Positions 24,698-38,482 of a DNA stretch of 64,000 bases are shown piece by piece. The stretch spans positions 1-64,000 of the forward strand of contig NGBS01000027.1 in the NCBI GenBank assembly GCA_002245135.1. The letters are read 5' to 3'. The first letter of the stretch is position 1; the number at the start of each line of letters is the position of its first letter. The notes below the pieces were generated by a model, which worked only from the letters and a program-made list of their open reading frames with translations, was not told the DNA's origin and searched no databases. Made by a program: the position numbers and the translations under genes. This DNA is from Proteromonas lacertae. Its lineage: Eukaryota.

Positions 24698-26525
24698 TTT
24701 ATAGATTCAAATACTATCAGTGAAAACAATTTACCTTTTATAATGGAAACTTTAAGTTATAACACTTTTTTAACATCATTATCATTGAATTACATAAAAG
24801 TATCAGATGATTTATTCACAAAATTGGTAGTAAAATTACAAAGGATGAATAGGTTTAGAGATCTTGATATATATGGTATATAATAATTATATTGATTATG
24901 AATAGGATGTGGAATTGGAGATGAAAATGTTTCTTTACTTTTTAATTCATTATCTTCTCTAACAAGTCTTAAAACAATGTATATTAACTATAACAATTTT
25001 ACACACAATTGTATTGAAAGCTTAAGTAATTTTGAACATTTAAAGAATCTTCAGAAATTGGTAATGTCAGGTAATTATCTTGGTACAGATGCTTTAAATA
25101 TGTTGTTTATAAGTTTAACATCATTAAAAATACTTGATACAATTTGTATTAGCTGTATATTATCAACATATTTATGTATTTTTTTTAAATATATAGATTC
25201 TGGTTTTACTGATGATAATTTTGAATATTTGTCAAAGCTAATGAAAAGTCTTAAGAAACTTATATTTCTTAATTTGAGAAGTATTTTCATTCATTTATTC
25301 TATTCAATAGAAAACAGTATAACTGAAAAAGGAATTAAATATCTATTTAGTAGTTTTGATGAATTAGATGTTTTTCCTTTAAAGGAGTTATATTTATGTG
25401 ATAATAATATAAATGAAGAAGGATTATCAAGTCTTTTTGATGGAATAAACAAACATTTTAGAAATTTGAAATGTCTTTATTTAAGTGGAAATGTTGTGAA
25501 AAGAGTAAATTCTGACTTATATGAAAAGATAATCTTCTATGATAAAGATTATGTTGATGATAGGAAGATTGATGAATTATCAAACAATATAACAAGTTTA
25601 AGTTATTACCATAGCACAGCAATTGTCTATTCCCCTGAAAGATTATTGAAATGTTTATTTGAAAAGTATAATATGAAGAATTATGGAGATAATAATAAGT
25701 ATTTGTTTTTATTATTCAATGCAATTAATAAAGTCACAGAATGGAATTTTAATACTAAGTCATACATTTTGGAGTGTTTAAAACAACATGATAGAGAATT
25801 AGAGGCATTTAAAGGAGCAAATGAACATTATAAGTTGATATATGATAATCTCAGCAATGAAGGATTGATGTTTTTAGTAGAATGTGTGAAATATATTTCA
25901 GATTTGAGTATATTCAAATTGAAAAACACACATATGGATGATAAAGTGTTTATTTCATTGATAAATGAAATGAAAAGGCTAATATCGTTAAAAGAAATAG
26001 ATTTTAGTAATATAGGTGTTGGAGATGAAGGAATGGTAGAATTGTTTAAGATATTTAAGAATATCATTTCAACAAAGTATTTGAATATATCTCATAACAA
26101 ATTTACACACAAAATCATGTCAATATTCACAGAAGAAGTTTATAATCTTAATAAACTGATTAAACTTGACGTTAGTTGTATATTATATATCCTCTCACTA
26201 TCATTTTATAGATAATAATCTGCAGGTAGAAGGATGTATGTTTATACTTAATGCAATTGAATATTTACCTTTATTAAGAGAAATAAATATGAATGAAACA
26301 GGATTTTCAGATAGAAATTGTAAGAAATTGTCTGAGTTACTAAAGATTTTGGATTTGAAGAAGATTTATATAAACGACAATGAAATAACTGATGATGGAG
26401 CAGAGATTCTGTTGTATGAGATAAAGAAACATTTGTATTTGAATATATGTGAGATAAAAAACAATAAAATGAGTAAAGAATTAAGCGATGAATTTGAAGA
26501 TTATATGGAAAGAAGGATGAATTGA
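21582..26525 (+). CDS. Pseudokinase plus multiple RI-like leucine-rich-repeat blocks separated by helical segments; about 14 introns
   Basis: FHGRLKSSNILI (no catalytic Asp), ITNYC, YESPE, SDVYSIG. LRRs such as LKLNRNRITDKG, LYLCDNNINEEG and IDFSNIGVGDEG. Mostly phase-1 introns. Confidence 0.8.
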
Positions 26526-26563
26526 AAAGAACATAATCTAATAATTAATAAACAATTATATAA

Positions 26564-26674
26564 TCAAAAATCAAAATCTTCAAAATCTTCAATTTCTAAT
26601 GAAGAATCTCTTGGTTTAAATAATCCTCTATTTGGTGTTTTATTATTATTAATATTGTTATTGTTGTTGTTTCT
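26564..26674 (-). pseudogene. Detached original C-terminal 36 codons and stop of the DZIP1-like gene, cut off by the hAT insertion
   Basis: Removing the element plus one TSD gives ...SLSMN-RNNNNNNINNNKTPNRGLFKPRDSSLEIEDFEDFDF-TGA in frame. Confidence 0.85.
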
Positions 26675-26682
26675 GTTCATTG

Positions 26683-29389
26683 CTGGGTTCGATAAAGGGC
26701 GTCCTTTTCGAATTTTGCCCTATTTTTGCCCCTTTTTTTTTCAGCTGAAAAGAAGCCTGCCCCTTACTGCTCGGGCATAGTAATATTACCATGTGTTATG
26801 CTGTAGTATATTTTTTCTGATTTTTTGTTATAACTTTTCCATATTATCATCTAGATATACTAACATATGTTAAAAAGGATATATTATTGTGTATTATAGC
26901 ATAATAGTCATCTACTTTTCTTATGATTATATAATATCATATGTTTATGCATATATACTAATTATATAGAATATACATACTGTATATCATATTCTGATAT
27001 GCATATATATACATTATGTACATTTCAAGGTGATTGACGTCACTGAACATAAATGAAATTTATATAATAAATAATTTTGTATATTACACATATATCATAT
27101 AGATAATTAAGAAGTATAGCTATAGAATGGGTATTTTCAGTTAATTGATAATCAATAGTACTTGTTATGATAATAACATAATATATTTCATAAACTAATA
27201 GAAAAACTATTTCAAAATTACTATTTAGTATATTTTGCATACTACTTAATGTATTTCAAGCAATTATTTGAATACTTAGAAAATGGTTTGAGAATTTCGA
27301 GCTATCATTTTGCATTTCAATTGTATATGGGTAAAACGAGAGATGCTGTGTATAGATACTTTAATGAAGATGTGGTGTTAAAGAAACCCCTTGAAAAATA
27401 CAACAGAATTCAATGCAGAAGGTGCAAGGCAATGATTATTGCTCATTGCACTAATTTGAAACGTCATTACAAAAAGTATAAATATATTTATTATATTTAT
27501 TAAATTAGATGTAGTGAAAAGCTAATCCAATCAAAACTTACATAATTGAGATATGATGAACGTGCAATAAACTTAATGGTGACCAAATATCTTATAGAAA
27601 ATAACTTAGCTTTCAGAACCATACAATCTAAATCCTTTAAAAATCTAATATATACATTAAATCCAACTACAAAGTCAATAACAATAAACAAAATAAAAGC
27701 ATCAATGAACGAAGAAGCAGAAAGAATAGTAAAGGAAATTGTAGATAACAGTAAAATATGTATAATTGTGGACGCTTGGAAATCAGTAACCAATGAAAAC
27801 GTTATTAATTTGGCAATAAAGAAAAGCAGTGATATTTCGTTTTTGGAATCCATTTATTTACATAAACGAGAAACATCAGAAAATATAGTGGAATTAATAA
27901 TTCAAACATTAGTGAAGTATAAACTAGATATTAAAAACATTGTTGCTGTGAGTAGTGATAACAACTACACCATGAAAAAGATAAGTAGTATTTTAGAGAA
28001 AAAAATAAATAGACCTGTAGTAAAGTTTGGATGTTTAGCACACATCCTAAACTTAATCAGTAAAAAAGTATTCGAAATAGAGAAATACAAAAAAGTGATA
28101 GTCATGTGTAATGACATTATTCATAAGTTAAATAATAATCAAAAGATTAGAGAAACTATATATTCAATTATACAAAAAAAATATCCAAATACGCAAGGGT
28201 TGTGATACGAGATGGTCAAGCTATAGCGATGTATTTAGAAAAATATTACTCAATAAAGAAATTTTATTACAGATAAAATTATTAAAGGAAGAAGATATAC
28301 AAGAAATTAAAGAATGCTACAAGATTGCAAAATATATTTCCACAAATATACACTTATTATGCAAAGATTCATCTACATTAAATGATGGTTTCAGAATATT
28401 GACCAAAATTAAAAGAAAGTTAATGAAAAGGTCATCAAGTGAAAAAGAACTTATTAAAGACATTATAAAAAAAGAGACTAGACATGCAAACTACAGCATT
28501 TTAGCTCTATATGAATTTTTAGACATAAACAGTAAACATAAATTTTCAGACATGGAGAAGGATAATATAAAAAGATATATATTATCTAAATTCAGCCCTA
28601 TTTTAAATCAGAAAGCATTAAATGAGATTTATCATTTTGAAAGAAGAAAACCATACTGCAAAAAGTGCCCTTCAGATATATTTTCGAAAAAGATATCAAC
28701 TAATATATGGTACAATATGTATGGAGTTTTTTACCCAAATGTTAAGAAGCTATATGATATTCTTTCAACTATTCCTGTCACAAGCTCATTTATTGAACGT
28801 TCATTTAGTATTGAGGGAATAGTTCATAATCATATTAGAAATAAATTACAGCTTAATACTATAAATAATATTTTAAGAATAAAATATGATTTATTAAAAG
28901 AAAAAAACAAAGAAAAAGATATAAATGAAGATGATAATGATATTAGTGAAGAAGAATATAATTTAGATGTGCTGAATGAAATTGATAACAATATAGTATA
29001 TGACACTTTAGATTATCAATGTTCTGGTGATGAAGATGAAAGTTCTGGTAGTTCTAGCGATGAAGGTTTAAGTGATGAAAGTTCTAGTGATGAAGGTTTT
29101 AGTGATGAAGGATCTCAAAGCCCTTACTTTTAAGGCTATTATTATAATGAAATATTATTGTTTGTTATTGTTATAAGATAATAATACATAATTATGAAAA
29201 GAATAAATATTTTTATAGCGTTTAATATCCCTAAAATCGCACAAAATATAAAAATTCAAATAAAATAATTGAAAAGGGCAAATTGTACCCTTTTCTATTT
29301 TTAGATAGTATAAAGGACGCCCCTTTCAATTTTTGCCCGGGACATGCCCTTGTCCCGCCACTGCCCTGTCCCTTTATTATTCAACCCAG
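26683..29389 (+). mobile_element. hAT-superfamily DNA transposon, copy 1 (2707 bp), 8-bp TSD GTTCATTG
   Basis: TSD at 26675-26682 and 29390-29397; imperfect TIR CTGGGTT(CG/GA)ATAA; GC-rich TGCCC/GGGCA subterminal motifs; transposase inside. Confidence 0.95.
27327..29133 (+). pseudogene. hAT transposase (BED finger, DDE, dimerization domain), intron 27476-27508; nonsense TAA at 27543 and +1 A frameshift near 28180
   Basis: CRRC...NLKRHYKK-C; IVDAW; SDN; CLAHILNL; CDTRW; SSFIERSFS. Confidence 0.9.
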
Positions 29390-32121
29390 GTTCATTGATA
29401 ATGATGTTGAATCAAATGGTAAAATATCATCATTTACTGATGTATTTTTTTGTTGATTAACAATAGGAGGAGGAGATGGTTGTTGCTGAGCTATTGGAGA
29501 TGGTCGATATAATCTATTTCTCTGGAATGATGCTTGTAATTGTTGTTGTTGTGGTGAAATATGAGATGGAGTTGTAGTACCAGATGCAACAATCGAATGA
29601 GTTGGAGAGAATGGCTGAGTAGTTGGTGTAAATGGTTTATCAACAACAGGAATAGAAGGAGGTGTAAATTTATTTGAATTTCTTTCTTCTTTTGGAATTG
29701 TTTGTTGAGTTGGAGGAGTTTGTTGTGGTTGAGGTAAAGATGTTATTATTGGTGGTGGTGGAGCAGTAACTGAAGGATGTGGTGATTGAGGTTTTATCTC
29801 ATTCTTCAAGTTTCTTAACTCTTTATGTATATCATCATCTAATGAAGAATCTGATGATATTGAAGTATTGCTTTTTGATTTATTTTTTGTTTCATTAATT
29901 CTGTTCTTTTGGGGTGTTGTTTGTTCCTTTAATTTAGCTAATTGATATTTATAATCATTTGAATCAGCGGATGAGCCAAGTGAGAAATTATCATCATCAT
30001 TCTTATTCTTATTTATATATGATTCATCAAAATTCAATCTATCTTTTTCTAATGGATTTAATTTTCTACTCAACTTATTATCATCATTCTTAATTGTTGT
30101 ATTATTTGGTTTTATTGGAGATAATAGTTGATTCTCTGATTCAAATAGATTCTTGAATTCTGAACTGAGTAGATTTCTATATAAATGAATAAATAATATG
30201 CAATATAATATATACGGATCAATATATGAACTCTCAGATGTAATTGTTGAACCATCAAACATTTCATCTTCATCTTTTCTTAACTCATCTATTACTTTCT
30301 TTGCTTCAATATATTTATTTGTCTTCTTTAATGAATCTTTCATTTCTTCATCAATTATTTCTGCTGGTCCTTTTATTGTATTGTCATTAAACTCTTGAAG
30401 ATATTCAGATTGAACATTTTGAGGTAAAACTGTTTTGTTTTGGTTTGTAATAGTTTTTCTCATTGCCTGTAATTGTGTTTGCTTTAGGTGTATATCCTTT
30501 GGATCAATTGTTTCACTCTATAAGATATATATATCATTATAAATATTTAATACATCATCACTAATACTTAAATTATTCAATTCGTCTTTATACAACTCTG
30601 GATTTATTTGGTAATTCTTATTGATCGATTTGTCTTCATTCAATTCAAGCTCTAAGAATTTCTTTTCCATTTCTTTATCGATATATTCATCATTTAATAA
30701 ATCATATGCTTCATTAATTCTAATAAATTACAATAATATACTAATAATAATACTCTGATGTTTGAATTGATTCTTCTTTCAATGTTTGAGTTTGTTGTTG
30801 TTGTTGTTGCTGAACAATTTGTACTGGTTTTTGTGAAGCAGCTAATCTCAATGACTCTCTTAATTCTTCATCTTCTTCATTCTTCTGTATTAATAAATAA
30901 TAATAATAATAATTAATAATAATAATACAATTCTTATTTTGTTTTGTAATTCTTCAATTGTTTTCATTATATCATTATAATTCTTTTTATCTCTCTCTAA
31001 CTCATCATTTGCTTTTTCTAACATCTTTATTTTATTATTCAACATCTTTATCTCATTCTCTAATTCAGCTATCTTCAATCTTAATTCTCTTATTTCCTTA
31101 TCTTTATCATCTATTTCTTTGGTTTGTTTTTCTAAATTGGCTATTCTCATGTGACATTCATCTAGTAGTTTTTCCAATCCTTTTTTCTCTGTTTCTAATT
31201 CACTTATCTTCTTTTCTAGATCGATTATTTTCTTATTCTGCTCTTGTAATAGAGTATTCAAATCCTGTATTTCACTTTCTTTCTTTTGTAATAAAGGACC
31301 AATAATTGAAGCATCTTGTTCTAAAGAATTCTTCTATATAAAAAATAATATATATAATATATACTTGTTGTGATGGTGGTGATGTTTGATAACACGTATG
31401 AGGAGGATGACCAGTGGCTTGACGATGTTTGTCCAAATAATAATCGGACTTAAATACTTTTGGACAGCCACCACATTTTCTTGCAAATCCATCACCATAT
31501 CGTGGATCACTTATTCCTCCTGCATTTGGAAAGTATCCTCTACTTTGTAACAATTTTTCATAGGTTCTAATTGTTTTTTCTTTTTGTTTTATTGTAATTT
31601 TACTTGTTTTTAAACGTTCATCATATTTTTTTAACTTGTGTGACATTTTGGTAAATACACTATAACATTCTCGTAATTTCTGCTCATATTCATCAATTTG
31701 CATGACCAAATTTTGTTGGCAGTATAACAGATATTCAACACCACATTGAAATATTAGAAATACCTTTAAAATATTATCTGGCGATGCACTATTTATTTGA
31801 TCTATATCCATCTTAGCAAAAGCGATATGATCCAGAATATTCTCCATACTCTTCACATTTGATGTAGATATTAAATCACCTACATCATAATTATACACTT
31901 GTCTCCAATTTATCTGATTTGTTCTTAACTGGAAAGTAAAACTATTAATAACATAAATTACGTTTATACGCTTCATTGGGATGTGTATCCGAAAAATCTC
32001 TTATTGAGAAATTATCAATGTCTGAGTTATCTTCTAGTCTATTTTATAATAACTTGAAAATAAAATACTCTACAGATAAATCAACAGAAATATCGTCTTT
32101 ACCCTCTTCATACTGATCCAT
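29381..32121 (-). CDS. DZIP1/Iguana-like protein (Dzip-like N domain, C2H2 finger, coiled coil, Pro/Gln-rich tail), C-terminus truncated by the hAT element; multiple introns
   Basis: FTFQLRTNQINWR...LKVFLIFQCGVEYLLYCQQNL; CGGCPKVFKSDYYLDKHRQATGH; long coiled coil. Confidence 0.7.
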
Positions 32122-32248
32122 TTTTAAATTTTTATAATACAAGCTTGATTACTTCAAACCGAATTGTTTTTCTTTTTTCTTTTTTTCAATTAACAACAAA
32201 TAACATAGAAATGAAAGTAAATATAATAATATATCATAATTCAATATC

Positions 32249-35200
32249 TTATCTATCCAAATATCTGATTTTAGAAATACATAAGTATAAACATAAAATC
32301 ATCACAAATATGGCAATTAATTGATAACCAACAAAATTCCATAACAAATCATATCTTATTCCATAAAAATCAATGAAATATTCATGAATTGTCAAAGTAA
32401 TATTACCTTCAATACGAACAGTTGGACAAGCAGCTTTATTTGTTTCAAAATTATCACATTTGAACTGATTAATAGTTGCTGCTTGTATTGCATACATTGT
32501 TGGATTTACCCAAAATAACCATTTCCATGGAGCTTTCAATGTACTGTATGGAGTTAAAAATCCAGATATTGTCATTAACATACTCAATAACATTCCTGTT
32601 ACTGTAGCAGCAACACCATCACTTTGAAATAAATATGAGAAACATTGAGCTAATACTGAACAAAACATAAACCATTCAAATGTCACTAAGAATTGTATTA
32701 ATACTTTCTTTATATCACCATCCAAGCCAACCATTGGATAGAATATCAGATTGAATACCAATGATATTATGAATATGTAAACTGCTTCAACAAATACAAT
32801 AGAAAACAAATGTGCAAATGGATGATATGTTTTCATTGCATCTTCTCTATAAAACATCATTCTTGATGTCATAAGAAATTCTAAAACAGGAAACATCACA
32901 TCCATTCCACTTGACATCATGTTTATACTTATTCCAGCAAATTTACTTTGAAGTCCACCTTGATTACTTTCATCTACTTGAAAATACACAACACTAACAG
33001 CAAATATAACCATGAAGATTTCTTCAAATCTTGCCAAATTAAAATCAAGTTTTCTCCAATTCATTCGGAAATTTCTTTTAGTTACTTCATAGATTTGTTT
33101 GAATATTGAAACTGAATATTTGGATTTTGATTTGACTGATGGTTGATCAGAATTCTTTATCTCGTTTATTATTTTCAAATTATCTTCATACAATTTGCTT
33201 TTCATATAATAATTACCAAATTGAATGGTATTTTTACCATCTACACCAGCACCTGTTACTTCTAACATCCAACTAGCTGGATTTTCATTCTCTTTAATCT
33301 TTGGAACATTTTCTATCTCACTTACATATTCTACCACTTTTGAACCATGTTCACCTAATGGACCTAAATAAACTACTTTTCCACCTCTTTCTAATAACAA
33401 TACATCACTAAATAATTCAAATATTTCATAAGATGGTTGATGGATTGTACAAATTATACTTCTTCCACATTCACCTATCTTCTGCAACATCTTACATACT
33501 AATAAAGCTGATGAACTATCTAATCCAGTTGTTGGTTCATCTAAGAATAATATTGATGGATTAGCTGCTAATTCTATTCCAATCATTACCAATTTTCTTA
33601 TACCCATTGGCAAACCATTCTCTTTTGTTCCTATCATCATATTCTTATATTCACTTAATCCTAATAATTCGATTGTTTCATCTACATACTTCACTATCAC
33701 ACTATCTTTAGGATTTCCTGGATATCTTAATCTTGCATTAAACATCAATGCATCTTTGACTGTCTCAGTTTCAGGTAATGTATCTTGTTGTTCTACATAT
33801 CCACTTAACATACACAAATCATTGGTTTTATATTCTTTACCATTCAATAAGAACTTACCTTCTATTTTTCCTTGTGTTTTTCTGTTTGCTAATACATCCA
33901 ATAATGTTGTTTTACCAGCACCACTTGCTCCCATTAAAGCAGTCATACTGTGAGCTCTTACAAATCCACTTACATCATTCAATAACACTTTATCTACTTT
34001 TCTTTTTGTTATAGGATCTTTTACTCTTACACTGTATTTGACATGTTCAAATGTAAAATCTACATTCCTTATTGGATTATCAAGTGAACTAGTTGTCTTT
34101 TCATTCATATGTTTCTTCAATTTTTCTATCTTTTTCACTGAATCTTTGTCTACTGTTTTACTTGGATAGAATGGATCATATTGAAAGAAATGAACTACTA
34201 TTACTTGACATATTACAAAGAAGATATGTTCACATAACATGATTATCAATGAATACCATATTTCACTTCTTTCTGTTGGAAAATCAAATGCTCCAAGATA
34301 TATCTCAGATTCTTCTTTTGTATACTTATTACTTGCAAATTCATTTATTAATTGACATTTTGTCATATGAGCAAGCGGACTGAAATAATAGAATTCAATT
34401 AACCATATTGGAATACTCTTTCTGGTTATGCTAAAACCGTTAAACACATTCATAATAAAACTAATTACTGGTAAAACTGCGCTTAATCCACCCATTGTTT
34501 CACACAGATAAACAAATATTCCAAAACATGATAAAAATGTAACATAACCAAGAAATAAAGATAATATGTAGATGAAATAATATTCACCATTATTATCAAA
34601 TGAAAATCCCATCATTGAATAGATTATTGTACCAAATAACATTGTTTCTATGAATTGAATCAGATAATTGCTCAGAACATAACTGATTATATAAGCACTA
34701 CTACTATAATAACCTTGTTTCAATTGTTTATATAACGGTGGTTTACTAAAGAATGCTGGGTATATTACAGCCATAGAACCATTTACCAATGTAGAAAGAG
34801 CCATAAATATCCCTCCTGTTTTAGATATAAAATCATCTTTATCAAGTCCAAAGAATATCCAACCAAGTAATACACCAGCTATCATTTGTTGAACTATTCT
34901 TCCTACAATTACACCAGGATTCTTGTATATATTCTTACAGTGATAATTGAACAAATAACATAACTGTTGAATGTAAGACATTGTATGTTTTTGATGAAAC
35001 ATTAAATCATTATAATTATTGTGAATTTCTTTGGATGGAATTGTTTCTTCATTTACTTCTCTTTCAATCTTTTCAAAACTTTCACTCTTATGATATAACT
35101 CAACCATTGACTTTGTATCAACATTCACACTTTCATCTTTTCGAAATGATAATCTTGATTCTTCTTTTCCCATATCTGATAAAAATGAAGCAATATCTTT

Positions 35201-36199
35201 ATTATTTGGAATATTATAGCCAATTGAATTGAAATAATTCATAATACACTCTTCATTTGATGATCCACCATAAATTATCTCACCTTCACTCAGTATAATC
35301 ACATTATCAAACAGTTTTATTACCTCTGGATCTGGCTGTAATAAGTGACATACTAAAATTCCTTCAAATATCTTTACCCATTGATTTAGGAATTTACATA
35401 TGTCATAGGTTACTGCACTATCTAAACCAGTACTAACTTTATCCAATAACAATATTCTGGCTGGACTAGCTAATGCCTCACCTAATGTAACTCTTTTCTT
35501 TTCACCTCCACTAATACCTCGAATCATTTCATCACCAACTACTGTATTTTCACAGATATTCAATCCCAACTTTTCTATCAACAGTTTGGTTTTATTACTC
35601 ACATCAGCTTCTAATCTGTAATGGCCTTTCTTTGATAGATTACCTTTACCATTCAAACAATGAACTGCAAAGTCGAATGTTTCTTTCACAGTCAAATTGC
35701 CCAATTGAATGTCATTTTGACCACAGAAACTACACAATTTCTTCCAGTTCAAACTCTCGATTGGCTTACCATCGCATTTCACACTTCCTGTGTGTTTACT
35801 GGATGGAATATAACCTGCCAATGCCTTTAAGAACGATGTAGTACCAGAAGAAGGAGGGCCAAATACCTAATTGCTTATAAGTATGTTTTATACTAACGTT
35901 GATGAACTAGACTTGAAGTGATAAGTCACATCCTTAAGAACCACTTGATTTTTCTTACTCGATAAACCTAATCCATCCACTACTTGACTGTAAACTCCAG
36001 TAACGATATTTGGAATGTTTTCATACTCTTTTTTGACCTTCTTAACCTCATAAGTGTAGTTTTTAACTACAAGATCGACTTTTGGCAAGTCTGGGAGGTA
36101 GGTTTTTAACTCCTTCACATATTTCTCATATTCTGACACCTCTTCAACTATTATATCTGTTTGAGATATACCTACAGGTAGTTGTTGATTAATACTCAT
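32249..36199 (-). CDS. Full-size ABCG/PDR transporter (NBD-TMD)x2; 1 intron near 35866-35892
   Basis: GISGGEKKRV, degenerate NBD1 Walker [56 protein letters not shown]. Confidence 0.95.
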
Positions 36200-36866
36200 G
36201 ATTAATTCAATGATTAAGTGAAATCTATTGGATGTAACTATAATTTAATATGATTCGATAATTAGGATTCGTTTTTTTAGTATTTTTTTTTATTTTTAGG
36301 GCATTTTTAAAAACTTAACACCATAATTTAATTAGTCATACCATAATAGTAATTTAATAAAAATTTTATTATATAAGAAGCTCATCTTGACGAAATTGAT
36401 AAAAATTTAAAATAACTCTCTAATATTCCTTGTGATTCTTTCTTTATTCTGATATATAGTTGTACTGCTATATAATTGAAAATGGTCTAAAAGCATTTCT
36501 AATTGTTAGATTTTAGTGTAATATGTTTTGCAAGTTTTAGTATTATGATGGTTTAATGCAATATTGAACAAGGATATTATGTTATTTTGAAAGAATTAAA
36601 TCAAACTTTAGTAATCGACAACTTTGCATTACCGATTTTAGTAGTAAATATGTTATAATATTATATATATAATTCAGAAAAGGTGTTTTTATCAGTTTAT
36701 ATTACTTGTATCAAAAGATATTAAAAATTGAAATATTCTAAAAACGAATATATTTTTGAAATGCTTTATTTTCTTGATAGTTTCTTATGATATTATTTAC
36801 AGTGAATAATTTGTTAGTTTTTCTATCAACAATACAATCAAATATTAAAAATTAAAGGCAAAATAA

Positions 36867-38386
36867 TTAACTTCTTTTCATTATCATTTCTTTTACCTCT
36901 TTCATCTTCTTCTCATTCTTAATTAATTTATCAACCTTCACTTTTAACTTTATTAAATTCTCATCATCACTTTTTATTTTCAAACCATCTGAAATACACT
37001 CCAAAGAGTCTTTTAATTCATTCATTGAATATAAACAATATGCTTTTCTATAATAACTCTTTATATGATTCTTATCATATTTCAAAGCTTCATTTGAATC
37101 ATTAATACACTTTATAAATAATTCCAAACATTTATTCTTATTGTCTTTTGTTATTTTGTTAAAATCTTCTTTTTCAGCTAATTTTAAATAACACATAGCA
37201 CGATTTGCATAGTAATTACCACTATTATATATATAAATAAAATAAAATAAATAAATACTTGGATGAATCAAATTCAATTGCTTTTGTATATTGATTAATA
37301 GCTTCTTTATAATTTCTATTATTAAATAATTCATTGCCTTTCTCTTTAGCTGATTCTGCGTTCTGTTTCTTCTCCTTTTTCACTTTTTCTTCTTCACTTT
37401 TAATATCAATTGTACTTTCATAATTCACAATGTTATTCATATTCTCTTCAGCAATTGGAAATCTGCTAAAATCATCATATAATTTTTGTGCCAATTCTTT
37501 TTCATCTTTTTCTTTTCCTTCTTTTTCACTCCAATCTTTAATTGCATCTAATAATTTCTTTGATAAATTCAATTTTTGATCTTTGGAATATAACAATCTT
37601 ACCCAACTTAACCAAAATGCTAAAATCTATTTAAATAATAAATAATATAATAATACTTGTAAACAGAAAAAAGAACCACCTGGGAATGGACAATCAATAT
37701 TACTGATCAAATTATTCAAAAAACTTGTTTCACTTAATTTCAATAATTCTATATGAATTGGTCTATCAATTGGATCTGGTGGAACTTTAAACCAATCATA
37801 TTCAGTACTGTCTGTTATATGTATAAATGTATCTATTGCTTCACTTCGTAGATATACATTTGAATCGATTAATAAATTTGATAATGAGATTAAACCACCT
37901 GCTTTTATAAATGATTTGACCAATTTCCAATTATTTACGTGTTTTAAGTATAATGTTGCTAGAAATGGTATTTGTACTAATCTTTGAGGTAATTCTGATA
38001 GGATTTTCTCATCTTCCTCTTTATTTCCTGTTGAAGATGGTAATTCTGGTGAAGAGATTAGAATTGGATAGTAATCCATATCCTCTTCATCAGGGAAAAA
38101 CATCATATGTCTTACACGATCTGGCGTCATCTTTGTCATTATACTAAACTCAATTTCTTTGCATTTTGGATTTTCATATTCCTTTACTAATCTCTATAAA
38201 TTATCACCAAATAATATTTTGGTTATACATTAAGAATTTTTCTTGCTACCTCTGGATCTGGTATACCTTTCTCTAAATCTTGTAATAATAAGATAAACCT
38301 ACATCTTTTACTAATATAATATACTTATCCTTTAATTCTGCAAGAGCATTTGTAGCATTTACTCTTTCTGTGAAGTTAGAACTCAT
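36867..38386 (-). CDS. Helical (ARM-like) protein with C-terminal co-chaperone-type TPR domain; 4 introns
   Basis: AESAKEKGNELFNNRNYKEAINQYTKAIE...YYANRAMCYLKL...KSYYRKA, a carboxylate-clamp-type TPR. Confidence 0.75.
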
Positions 38387-38482
38387 TTTTAAAAACGGAT
38401 GAAACGAATTTAATTTTTAAATTAATCAAGCTGTTTTAAAATTGCTTGACATTCTTTTTTTCTTAATTTTCAGCTTATCCAA

